NCBI GenBank assembly: GCA_016203665.1
Contig: JACQMJ010000007.1
Span: 1 to 36,998 of the forward strand
DNA: 36,998 nt
DNA from: Candidatus Sungiibacteriota bacterium
GTDB taxonomy: Bacteria > Patescibacteriota > Minisyncoccia > Sungbacterales > SURF-37
Direction of reading: 5' to 3'
Shown: in pieces, positions 24,255 to 31,670 of the stretch
How the letters are laid out: every line of letters begins with the position of its first letter
Numbering within the stretch: position 1 is the stretch's first letter
Position numbers and translations under genes: made by a program
Notes under the pieces: model-generated
Database searches by the model: none
What the model saw: only the letters and a program-made list of their open reading frames with translations
What the model was told of the DNA's origin: nothing

Positions 24255-24950
24255 CGGGAAATAGATAATAGAGAATATAAAATATAAAACGCCGGGGTTT
24301 GGAACCTCGGCGTCCGGCCCTGGCGGGCACTGGCCTGGCCGGAGCAGATGTATGATTACGTACCAGTCCTCTGGTTCCCAAGGCGTTGGCCGTTCCCAGG
24401 ACCATATTGAAACGTAGCAGACGGCCGTTTTGTCCCCCAATCTGGCCGGGACTGCCGCAAAGGTAACCCCGAACATCCGTCCTTCGGCGGTGGCCTCGAC
24501 AACGGCGCTGGCCAGGCCGCTGAAGCGTACGCCTCGAGCGAAGAGCTGCAGGAACTGCAGCGTAAGGGTGCTCCGCTCCATGGTCGCGCGGGAAGCCGCA
24601 TCCAGGAATAGCCAAAGCGTCTCCACATCCCCGCGGGCAAAGGTGGCCTGGTAGGCGAGCGCGCGCTCGCGCAGTCCGGCCACGGAGTGCGGTGGAGGTG
24701 TCGGAGGAGCGTCGGGAACCGGAGTACGGGGGGTGTCTGGTGCGGGTTCGACCCGGATGTCCGCGCCAGCGCCGCCCGCGGCGAGTAGGATGATCGCCGT
24801 TACCGTGGCCAGGATAAGGATGGCGATGACAAGCCGGTGGGCTGTCCGCTGTTCCACCCGCGTTCCGGCCAATGCGGCGAGGGTTCGAACGAAGCCGCAC
24901 CGGTTCCTGTGCAGCTTGGAACGGAATCGGGATACGGGATGGTACGCCAT
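23652..24950 (-). CDS. Membrane-anchored hypothetical protein. Only about 24300-24950 looks coding; the formal ORF reads on through a terminator and antisense to the nuclease gene.
   Basis: AAGGAGG SD 6 nt before the ATG at 24950. TM LVIAILILATVTAIILLAAG, Pro-rich linker, then a globular domain of about 120 aa. Downstream of about 24300 the translation is Arg-rich antisense-like sequence. Confidence 0.5.
   Translation of the reverse strand: MAYHPVSRFRSKLHRNRCGFVRTLAALAGTRVEQRTAHRLVIAILILATVTAIILLAAGGAGADIRVEPAPDTPRTPVPDAPPTPPPHSVAGLRERALAYQATFARGDVETLWLFLDAASRATMERSTLTLQFLQLFARGVRFSGLASAVVEATAEGRMFGVTFAAVPARLGDKTAVCYVSIWSWERPTPWEPEDWYVIIHLLRPGQCPPGPDAEVPNPGVLYFIFSIIYFPLRRLLRWGWNRCRPSRFRRRNFFRAGREHGELADERSRLGDGGTRLRRDRRQKCLQTFTIDYEDLRPLAKRFEYGTHLIKIVAEALLDRAGDVAVLAKEAVIPLGFHIGANLQFQLVQARLVRLAGLQERKVLFDGGVNFFLALDSGFLLPVEVAPGRADWLVRTDGAVRAGDRLEAFARRELALNLRNGAEYLAGRLGR
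24276..24313 (-). terminator. Rho-independent terminator (minus strand) in the AT-rich gap after the nuclease gene
   Basis: ACGCCG.GG / CC.CGGCGT stem, then on the minus strand TTTTATATTTTATATT. Confidence 0.55.
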
Positions 24951-25040
24951 CCGCTGCCTCCTTTCCGTAGAACTCGAGAGATTTGGCTATTCGCTTCCTA
25001 GCACGGCGGGCGAAATTATGCAATCACAAATTCCCCCTTC

Positions 25041-26099
25041 CTACTGTATAGAGGAGGTTTTTGTCGCCACGAAGCGTATGAGGATTACGTTCCCCTGCGG
25101 GTCCTCAAGCGGCAGGTCCTTGATATGGTTAAACTGGCGGTCGCCGTCGTCGGCGTGGAGCATGGCGAAATACACTCTCCCCTCCTCGGTCGGCCGGAGG
25201 AGCTCCGCCGTGCCGCTGCCCTGGCCGGCGTCAAAGCGCTTGGCGCCGAGGATGCGGCCGGGCCCGCCGCCATCGCTCTCATGGATGACCATCCAGCCGT
25301 CCCGCTCGAGCGCGACAAGACTGACAACTACCGTGAGCCCGGGCGGCTGGTCATTGACCGCAATGGCGTTTGCGCCGGCGAGCATGCTGCCAGTGCTCGG
25401 CGGCGGGATTTCCAGGCTTGCCGACGGCGCTGGCGTAGTTCGGCTTAAACTCTGTTCTGTTGGCAGTCCGGCAGTGCGGCCGAGCCAGAATCCTCCGGCA
25501 AGGCCGATGATGATGAATACGGCCGCCGCCGCCATTTTTTGATATGGATCCATCATGGCATTAAGGATTACGGTTTGCCGGTATCGTAGCAAACGGCGGG
25601 GATAGAAAAAAGCCGCGGCCCGGATGGGCAGCGGCTCGAGCCGACGGAACACCGCCTCACCCGGCGTAAGACCCTTCCACACGCGGTGACCCTGATATTC
25701 ACCTAAGATCGCCCCGAGCGTGGCATCGTAGGCCGCGTGGCTGGCGAGGAAGAGCTCCTTTTCGCCGAGCGGGCGCGCCTCGAACGTGAGCACGCGGAGC
25801 TGTGAAAGGCCGTCCTGTTCCATGGCTACGCTGATGGTGAAGTGTGGCGGTCCAGAGCCCGGTCCTGCCGCCTTTTCCTCTGCGGTGACGTGCCAGCGGC
25901 CCCGGGCGGCGCGTTCGCCGCCGTGCTCCCACCAGCTCCGGACCATGCTCCGGTATTCCGTAAAGAACTGCTGGAACCGCGGACTGGTGTTCGCCGGCGG
26001 GTGGAAGGTAAGCTCCGGCGCGTTCCCCTCCCCCGCCATCGCCCCAGGCACCGCGGTGAAAATTAACAGGAACGCCAGTACTGCGAGAACTCGCCACAT
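25041..26099 (-). CDS. Exported two-part protein: signal peptide plus N-domain, internal TM, C-terminal DUF7282-like beta domain
   Basis: GGGGGTGGAG SD before the ATG at 26099 (MWRVLAVLAFLLIFTAVPGAMA). Internal TM AAAAVFIIIGLAGGFWLG. C-terminal GWMVIHESDGGGPGRILGAKRFDAGQGSGTAELL...YFAMLHADDGDRQF resembles the recalled DUF7282-type domain. The track ORF starting at 26330 overlaps the RR gene. Confidence 0.68.
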   Translation of the reverse strand: MWRVLAVLAFLLIFTAVPGAMAGEGNAPELTFHPPANTSPRFQQFFTEYRSMVRSWWEHGGERAARGRWHVTAEEKAAGPGSGPPHFTISVAMEQDGLSQLRVLTFEARPLGEKELFLASHAAYDATLGAILGEYQGHRVWKGLTPGEAVFRRLEPLPIRAAAFFYPRRLLRYRQTVILNAMMDPYQKMAAAAVFIIIGLAGGFWLGRTAGLPTEQSLSRTTPAPSASLEIPPPSTGSMLAGANAIAVNDQPPGLTVVVSLVALERDGWMVIHESDGGGPGRILGAKRFDAGQGSGTAELLRPTEEGRVYFAMLHADDGDRQFNHIKDLPLEDPQGNVILIRFVATKTSSIQ

Positions 26100-26205
26100 G
26101 GCTCCACCCCCAGATGGATAGTTTGGATTTTTGCGAGCGTAGCATAATCTTGCCAAAAGAAAAACGGGCATCACTGGGAGCGACACCCGTTCGAACCGGC
26201 CCGGA

Positions 26206-26571
26206 TCAGGACAGGAGTTCGGCGATCTTAGGGCCGATATCGTCCCACGAAACGGGTTTAAGGAACACCGCGTCCGCTCCGGCGGCCAGTGCGCGGGCGT
26301 TGGTCTCCGGGGAGTTATCCCCGGTAACAAGGAGAGCTTTCACATCCGGATAATTGCGCCTCACGTGGCCGATGAGCTCGATACCGTTCATGCCCGGCAT
26401 TTGATAGTCGGTGATGACGAGGCCGATGGTGTTCTCGGCGGCAAGCCGCTGGCGCGCGGTTTCGCCATCAATGGCCGTCAGCGTCTCGTAGCCGCTCGAC
26501 CGCACAAGCTCTTCAATGGCAGCCAGGACCTCTGGCGTGTCGTCAACAACGAGGATCCGCTTCAAGCTCAT
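26206..26571 (-). CDS. Stand-alone response regulator receiver domain (CheY-like)
   Basis: ILVVDD, phospho-acceptor context LVITDYQMPGMNG, and FLKP Lys. GGAGAGGAG SD. Confidence 0.9.
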   Translation of the reverse strand: MSLKRILVVDDTPEVLAAIEELVRSSGYETLTAIDGETARQRLAAENTIGLVITDYQMPGMNGIELIGHVRRNYPDVKALLVTGDNSPETNARALAAGADAVFLKPVSWDDIGPKIAELLS

Positions 26572-26667
26572 CGCTTCTGCTCCTCTCCGGTTGCCGTGTC
26601 CAAGGCCTTCCCTTGGAGGAACTCAATGACCGCGGCCGCTGCAAGGACCCCGGCCGGGTCGTGGGTA

Positions 26668-26696
26668 TCTATAGCAAAAAATGGCGATTCTGTCAA
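26668..26696 (-). promoter_or_regulatory. Sigma70-type promoter TTGACA, 17-nt spacer, TATAGA driving the response-regulator operon
   Basis: On the minus strand: TTGACAGAATCGCCATTTTTTGCTATAGA. Lies about 97 nt upstream of the RR ATG. Confidence 0.5.
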
Positions 26697-26723
26697 ACTC
26701 GCCGCACGAAAATACCGTCGCGG

Positions 26724-26915
26724 CTAGCGTTTTAACCGATAGACCGAGAACGCAAGATAGCCCGAAATGATGAGCGCTGTCCAACTCACCCACATCGGCA
26801 CGGTCCAGCCGCCGATCAGGGCGGGCCAGCCATAGATGATCCGCAGGGCATGCAGCAGGGCGATCGCCGAAAATATAACACCCGATACGCTCGCGTATGT
26901 ATTTCGATTAAGCAC
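26724..26915 (-). CDS. Small membrane protein (63 aa, two TM)
   Basis: Two clear hydrophobic helices and a basic C-terminus YRLKR. Confidence 0.6.
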   Translation of the reverse strand: MLNRNTYASVSGVIFSAIALLHALRIIYGWPALIGGWTVPMWVSWTALIISGYLAFSVYRLKR

Positions 26916-26936
26916 AGTTCTTATAATCTCTTGCAG

Positions 26937-26988
26937 AGCACCACGGCCGGCTCGCCTCGCCGAAGCTTTGGCGAAGCGCGGGAAGGCC
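26937..26988. repeat. 52-nt intergenic repeat, copy 1 (REP-like, hairpin around an AAGCTT core)
   Basis: AGCACCACGGCCGGCTCGCCTCGCCGAAGCTTTGGCGAAGCGCGGGAAGGCC. Identical to 31207-31258 except for one base. Confidence 0.85.
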
Positions 26989-27019
26989 GTAGGTCTCTAT
27001 GATAACAGGTTTGCGGCGT

Positions 27020-27060
27020 AAAAAAAATCGGGCAGCATCGTGGTCGTACAGATGCTACCC
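27020..27060 (-). terminator. Rho-independent terminator of the lipoprotein gene
   Basis: Minus strand GGGTAGCATC / GATGCTGCCC (one G-U pair), followed by GATTTTTTTT. Confidence 0.75.
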
Positions 27061-27078
27061 GTGTCCTTTGCGGGACCG

Positions 27079-27699
27079 CTACTCGCAGAGCGGCATGAAG
27101 CCCTGCGGCGTCTTCACGTACTTGCCGCTCGGCTTGCAGGATGTGGCCGCGGCCGGCGGCGCCGTAGCTCCGGTTGGCTGGGTCGGCGGAGGCGGCGGCG
27201 GAGGCGGAGGAACGTAAGCCGGAGCAGGCTGTGCCGCCGGCGCCGGCGCGCCCGGAACCAGATGCCCGGCGGCGTACATGCAGCTTTGGAACTCCACATT
27301 CCAGCGCTGCTGGATGCGGCTTGCGTCGGCCTGCGCCTGGTGCGTGCCGGCGCCGAGGCCGCCAAAGAGTCCAGCTCCCCCGCCTGCGGCCGCGCCTATT
27401 CCGGCTCCCTTGCCGCCGCCGACAGCGCCGCCGAGGGCAGCGCCTGCTGCGGCACCGAGTAACGTGCCGATAACCGTGGTTGCGGCCTGTTTCTCCTGCA
27501 CCATGGCCGGATCGCCGGCGCGGGCAGTGGCCAGCCGACGGCAATTCTCGTCATCCTGGTTGAACTGCGCCTGGGTCTTGCCGCTGCCAATGAACACAGG
27601 CGCAGTCGGTCCGACCGGGCCGTAGGTGGCGCAGCCGGTGAGGAGAAAGATCGCGAGGAGCGGGGGCACGGGCAGCCGTGCCCACTGGCGTGACATCAT
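27079..27699 (-). CDS. Lipoprotein with a glycine-zipper region, poly-Pro tract and C-terminal Cys-bracketed GKYVKTPQG loop
   Basis: AAGGAGG SD. Lipobox LLTGC, glycine zipper GAAAGAALGGAVGGGKGAGIGAAAGGGAGLFGGLGAG, a PPPPPPPPP run, and C-terminus CKPSGKYVKTPQGFMPLCE. Confidence 0.8.
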   Translation of the reverse strand: MMSRQWARLPVPPLLAIFLLTGCATYGPVGPTAPVFIGSGKTQAQFNQDDENCRRLATARAGDPAMVQEKQAATTVIGTLLGAAAGAALGGAVGGGKGAGIGAAAGGGAGLFGGLGAGTHQAQADASRIQQRWNVEFQSCMYAAGHLVPGAPAPAAQPAPAYVPPPPPPPPPTQPTGATAPPAAATSCKPSGKYVKTPQGFMPLCE

Positions 27700-27723
27700 G
27701 GGGTCCTCCTTTCCTTCCGAGAG

Positions 27724-28071
27724 TTATCGCTGCTGCGGCGGCGCGGTCTCCGGCAGTACCTTCAGCCAGGCGTTCCCCGCACACTCCCGCACATAGGGGT
27801 AGAACCCCTGCGGGCTGTTGCACCAGTACCAGACGATCTCGCGGGTTGGCTCGGCCGCGGGGCGCTGGCCGTAGGTCTGGGGCGCGGACTGTATCACGAT
27901 CTGCGGCGAAACATACACCTCCGGAGGGTAGAGCGGCCCGACGGCGTGCGGCCACCAGCCCCACCCCCAGAGAGGGTGGCCATAGTACCAATGGTAGGCC
28001 TCGGCCGGCGCCGCCGCTGTGAGTGCAAGAACGACGAGCAGGAGAACAGCGAGCGTACGCGGTGTTCTCAT
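27724..28071 (-). CDS. Small secreted protein with a W/Y-rich N-terminus and a CNSPQGFYPYVREC loop
   Basis: GGGGAGGGG SD before the ATG at 28071. Signal peptide MRTPRTLAVLLLVVLALTAAAPAEA. The track start 28182 lacks support. Confidence 0.7.
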   Translation of the reverse strand: MRTPRTLAVLLLVVLALTAAAPAEAYHWYYGHPLWGWGWWPHAVGPLYPPEVYVSPQIVIQSAPQTYGQRPAAEPTREIVWYWCNSPQGFYPYVRECAGNAWLKVLPETAPPQQR

Positions 28072-28239
28072 CCATCCCCTCCCCGGGAGCGGCTGGCTGG
28101 TCGCTGGAAGTTGCTGGAATATAAGATCTTCTCCTTTCAGCGTAGGCTTTCCTCTGTCGCTGTCAAAAGGAGTTGCGCACACGGAACATTACATCCGTTG
28201 GCCGTGCTCTAATTATTAGCAGAACGTCGGCTCGTCGCA

Positions 28240-29427
28240 TCACCACCGCCGGCGGCTGAAATGCCTGCGGGCATGCTTGGGGCGAAGCGGCGGCGGAAAA
28301 GCCGGGGCCGCAATCTCCGGGAGGTCGGGCAGCTGTGATACCGGCAGGGGTTTTCGGATCAAGCGTTCAATGGCGCGGACCTCACTCCGCTCCTCGGGCA
28401 TGGCAAAGGTGATGGCGTGCCCTCCAGCCCCGGCGCGGGCGGTGCGGCCGATGCGGTGCACATAATCTTCTGAAGTTGATGGCAGGTCGTAATTCAAAAC
28501 GAGCTCTATGCCTACGACATCAATGCCGCGCGAGGCAATGTCCGTGGCGACGAGCACGCGGTATTTCCCGGATTTAAATCCCTCCAGCGCCTCGCGGCGC
28601 TGGGCCAGCGAGCGGTTGGAATGTATTTCGGCGGCGTGAATATCCAGGGCGCGTATTTGGCGCTGGAGGCGCTTGGCGCCGTGCTTGGTACGCGTGAAGA
28701 TCAGCGTGGAGCCGGAATGGTTTTGGAGGACCTTGGCTAGGAGCTTGGATTTATGCTCGCGTGGGACAATGAAAAGCTCCTGCGTTACGCGTTCGACCGT
28801 GGTGCCGGTCGGCGCGATCTCAATGCGGATGGGCAGTTTCATGTAACGCGAAGCCACTTCCATGATTTCCACAGGCATGGTTGCCGAGAAGAGCATGGTC
28901 TGGCGCTCGCGCGGCAGAGCGGCGATGATCCGCTGGATCTGCGGCATGAACCCCATATCCAGCATCCGGTCGGCCTCGTCCAGGACTACTATTTTTACGG
29001 AGTCCAGGCGCACGGTCTTCTGGCTTAAGTGGTCAATGAGGCGGCCGGGAGTGGCAATGATGATATGCGGATTTTTCTTTAGCGCCTCTATCTGCGGCGC
29101 CAGTGAGAGGCCGCCAATAAGAACGGCCGTGCGCAGGCCCAGGCCGTGCCCGATTTTGCGCAGTACCTCGTCCACCTGGAGCGCCAGCTCCCGCGTCGGC
29201 AGCACCACCAGCCCCTGTCCTTTGATTTGCGCCAGGCGCTGGATCATAGGCACGCCAAAGGCCAGGGTCTTGCCCGTGCCGGTCTGGGCAATGCCAACGA
29301 GGTCCTTGCCCTCCACGGCAATGGGAATGGCCTGGGCCTGGATCGGCGTGGGCGTTTTAAAATGCAGCCGCTGGAGGATCTGCATCAGCGCGGGTGCAAT
29401 TCCAAGCCCATAGAAGTCGTTTTGCAT
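28240..29427 (-). CDS. DEAD-box ATP-dependent RNA helicase
   Basis: AQTGTGKT, PTRELA, VLDEAD, SAT, and HRIGRTARAG motifs. Confidence 0.92.
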   Translation of the reverse strand: MQNDFYGLGIAPALMQILQRLHFKTPTPIQAQAIPIAVEGKDLVGIAQTGTGKTLAFGVPMIQRLAQIKGQGLVVLPTRELALQVDEVLRKIGHGLGLRTAVLIGGLSLAPQIEALKKNPHIIIATPGRLIDHLSQKTVRLDSVKIVVLDEADRMLDMGFMPQIQRIIAALPRERQTMLFSATMPVEIMEVASRYMKLPIRIEIAPTGTTVERVTQELFIVPREHKSKLLAKVLQNHSGSTLIFTRTKHGAKRLQRQIRALDIHAAEIHSNRSLAQRREALEGFKSGKYRVLVATDIASRGIDVVGIELVLNYDLPSTSEDYVHRIGRTARAGAGGHAITFAMPEERSEVRAIERLIRKPLPVSQLPDLPEIAAPAFPPPLRPKHARRHFSRRRW

Positions 29428-29461
29428 ACGGGTTTAAGTCAATACCGTTTGCGGTCTTCCG

Positions 29462-30010
29462 TCAATCGTTCGGCGGCAAAAGTTCTGGGAATTGTTGTCT
29501 TGCTTTTTGCATCTTGGGCGTGATAACGGCCTGCGAATAGGGCGCGTCAGGGTTGCGGGTGTAGTAATCACGGTGATACTCTTCGGCCGGCCAGAAGCGC
29601 TCCAACGGCTTTATCGCGGTGACAATGGGGTTTGGAAATTTTTTCGCCGCGGTGAGCTCGGCGATAAAACTTTCGGCGTTCAGCCTTTGTCTTTCGTCCG
29701 TATATAAGATGATTGAACGGTACTGCTCCCCTACATCCGCTCCTTGGCGGTTCACCGTCGTCGGGTCATGGGCCATGAAAAAGACCTCAAGGAGTTTGCG
29801 GAACGGGATGAGCATGGGGTCGTATTCGATCCCAATGACCTCGGCGTGTCCGGTGCGACCCGTTGACACTTGCTCATGCGTCGGATTTTCCGTATGGCCG
29901 CCGGCATATCCGGGCGTTACCCGTATCACGCCCTTCAGGCCCAAAAATACCGCCTCGGTGCACCAGAAACAGCCCCCGCCAAAAACAATGGTTTCGGTTC
30001 TGTCTGGCAT
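29462..30010 (-). CDS. msrA: Peptide-methionine (S)-S-oxide reductase
   Basis: GGGCFWCTEAVF active-site motif; 182 aa. Confidence 0.93.
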   Translation of the reverse strand: MPDRTETIVFGGGCFWCTEAVFLGLKGVIRVTPGYAGGHTENPTHEQVSTGRTGHAEVIGIEYDPMLIPFRKLLEVFFMAHDPTTVNRQGADVGEQYRSIILYTDERQRLNAESFIAELTAAKKFPNPIVTAIKPLERFWPAEEYHRDYYTRNPDAPYSQAVITPKMQKARQQFPELLPPND

Positions 30011-30060
30011 ACTACCATGCTACCGCAAAAGCTCTGTGCCCGCTGGCCTATCGTTTGAAG

Positions 30061-30118
30061 TTTCACCCCGTTACAACCCGGCCTTTAGGCCGGGTTGTAA
30101 CGGGGTTTACAACCGGGC
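30061..30118. repeat. Hairpin element, copy B (perfect 19-bp stem, TTTA loop) plus a partial third arm
   Basis: ACCCCGTTACAACCCGGCC-TTTA-GGCCGGGTTGTAACGGGGT at 30065-30106, then TTACAACCGGGC. Confidence 0.85.
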
Positions 30119-30163
30119 TCGCACTCACGTTTGTCTTTTCTGAAAAGAAAGACCCGGTTCAGT

Positions 30164-30460
30164 TCAGTTAAACCAGGTCCCGAATGCGAGGCCGCGAGCG
30201 ATAAGCGCCAGCAGCAGGCCGACGCCGACGCAGACGATGATGATCCCGATGTTTACCTGCTTATTAGCATCGGCGGCGTCGCCCAAAGCACGGATTACCC
30301 GGAACGTCCGCATATATTCTGGCTCATTCCAAAGTTTTCCGTGCCGGACCATCGCTCGCGCTTCCTCTGTGGAGAGTTTATGAAATAACCCGGCAAGGAG
30401 CGCCCAGACCGTCCCGACAGCCACGAGCATGCCGCCGATGATCCATCCGGCAATGACCAA
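30164..30460 (-). CDS. Membrane protein (98 aa, TM at each end)
   Basis: TTG start 6 nt after a GGGAGG SD. Two strong hydrophobic helices flank a charged loop. Confidence 0.55.
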   Translation of the reverse strand: MVIAGWIIGGMLVAVGTVWALLAGLFHKLSTEEARAMVRHGKLWNEPEYMRTFRVIRALGDAADANKQVNIGIIIVCVGVGLLLALIARGLAFGTWFN

Positions 30461-30500
30461 TGTTTTCCTCCCTCTTGCCTGCGGGTGTTCTTTCCGGCGA

Positions 30501-30752
30501 TTATGGCTGGTCGCGATGCGAGGCCAGCCAATCCATCAGGCGCTTCCTATGCTTATCAATGGACCAAGCATCGCCATGCTTGAAAAGTGTCGGATACGCG
30601 GTCTGGAACTGCTTCAGCGCCGCGACCGACGCCCGCGGAAAGCCGGCGGGGAGTTTTTGATTATAGGATTCGAGAAAAACCAAAATCGGCGTGGCGAGCT
30701 CATTTCGTTCCCGTTCGTAGTCCCGTGTCCGCATAGACACCAAAGTTAGCAT
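30501..30752 (-). CDS. Hypothetical protein (83 aa)
   Basis: ATG ORF with plausible composition, but no SD and no recognisable motif. Confidence 0.35.
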   Translation of the reverse strand: MLTLVSMRTRDYERERNELATPILVFLESYNQKLPAGFPRASVAALKQFQTAYPTLFKHGDAWSIDKHRKRLMDWLASHRDQP

Positions 30753-30855
30753 GAATGCGGGAAAATAGCAACAAAGCCGGCAGTCCCCGCGGTGCCTGTT
30801 CTCCTATTCGCGCGAATTAGCCGGTAGTTCGGAGTGATGTCGGATGCTTGGCCGG

Positions 30856-31023
30856 CTAAGTTTTGTACGCAAAATTTAGGAGGGCGAGAAAACCGAGGTA
30901 CAGGAACGGCGGCAATGCGATGGGTTTTATGGTTGAAGTGTCAGTATAAGTTCCCCGCTCGGGGCCGTACTTCTCGAGTTTCTCTTTTGGCCATTCGGCT
31001 TTAGGGAGTTCTTTAATTTTCAT
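30856..31023 (-). pseudogene. Possible RadC-family N-terminal remnant (55-codon ORF)
   Basis: MKIKELPKAEWPKEKLEKYGPE resembles the recalled RadC N-terminal consensus M.IK.LP..ERPREKL...G. Similarity is lost after about 22 aa and no JAB domain follows. Confidence 0.25.
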
Positions 31024-31037
31024 TGTACGGATAGCGT

Positions 31038-31077
31038 TTTATATTCCCGGCAGAAAACCGCCGGCATGAGCCGGCGG
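31038..31077. repeat. Left copy of the roughly 40-nt direct repeat (truncated terminator hairpin)
   Basis: TTTATATTCCCGGCAGAAAACCGCCGGCATGAGCCGGCGG. Matches 32185-32225 in blocks of 9, 15 and 11 nt. Confidence 0.75.
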
Positions 31078-31206
31078 ATGAATGCCAGCCCGGAGCGAAA
31101 TCCCGCCGCAGGCGGGACGAAGCGGAGGAGATTATATAGACCGCGGACTGCGGCGCGCCCGAGCGAAGCGAGCGGTAGGAATACGCCGCAGGACGCGAAG
31201 GGCGAT

Positions 31207-31258
31207 AGCACCACGGCCGGCTCGCCTCGCCGAAGCTTTGGCGAAGCGCGGGTAGGCC
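31207..31258. repeat. 52-nt intergenic repeat, copy 2
   Basis: Identical to 26937-26988 at 51 of 52 positions. Embedded in a GC-rich hairpin-dense stretch at 31080-31260. Confidence 0.85.
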
Positions 31259-31270
31259 AGTGATGCGCGG

Positions 31271-31299
31271 CAAAAGAAAAGGGCGGGCACGCGCCCGCC
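31271..31299 (-). terminator. Rho-independent terminator of the 32081-31308 two-gene operon
   Basis: GGCGGGC / GCCCGCC stem, then on the minus strand CTTTTCTTTTG. Confidence 0.7.
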
Positions 31300-31307
31300 G
31301 ATGGCGA

Positions 31308-31661
31308 TCAGTTGTTGACCGCGGCTTCCGCTTTCCGGAGATGGTCGGTCACGTCCACCCATTGGCCCCGTTTGAGATCGTCAGTGAGAAGGGCGTCAAC
31401 GATGAACTTGACCTTCCCTTTCCCGAGATCTGTTTCCACCTCGGCGCGGAATTCAATACCAGCGAGGGGGCCGAGGCAGGAAATTCGGAACTGCGTCTCG
31501 AGGAGGCCCTCGATGTCGTCGTCTTTCACCCGCCGCCGCCCCGCGCCTTTCTCTCCCTGCTGACGCATCATTTCGGTGGCCGCGGCGAGAAGAACGTTTC
31601 GCATCCGGTCGTTCAGCGAGACCTGCTGGACCATGAGGCAGTACAGGCCGTCGAAGAGCAT
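31308..31661 (-). CDS. Hypothetical protein (117 aa)
   Basis: AAGGAGG SD 5 nt before the ATG. 10-nt gap to the upstream gene. No family recognised. Confidence 0.6.
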   Translation of the reverse strand: MLFDGLYCLMVQQVSLNDRMRNVLLAAATEMMRQQGEKGAGRRRVKDDDIEGLLETQFRISCLGPLAGIEFRAEVETDLGKGKVKFIVDALLTDDLKRGQWVDVTDHLRKAEAAVNN

Positions 31662-31670
31662 TACGCCTCC

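Noticed and set aside
24211-25023. 270-aa minus-strand ORF in an alternative frame
   Set aside because: It has extreme Arg/Pro/Gly content and no SD. It overlaps the better-supported frame that starts at 24950 with an AAGGAGG SD.
26921-28075. 207-aa and 174-aa minus-strand ORFs in alternative frames
   Set aside because: They overlap the lipoprotein and small secreted protein genes, which have SDs, signal peptides and terminators. Their composition is Arg/Gly-rich.
22508-30118. CRISPR array or 7.5-kb island bounded by hairpin elements A and B
   Set aside because: There are only two copies 7.5 kb apart, with no regular spacer structure and no cas genes apart from a lone Cas4-like nuclease. 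The intervening genes include housekeeping ones (DEAD-box helicase, msrA). I treated the copies as dispersed repeats.
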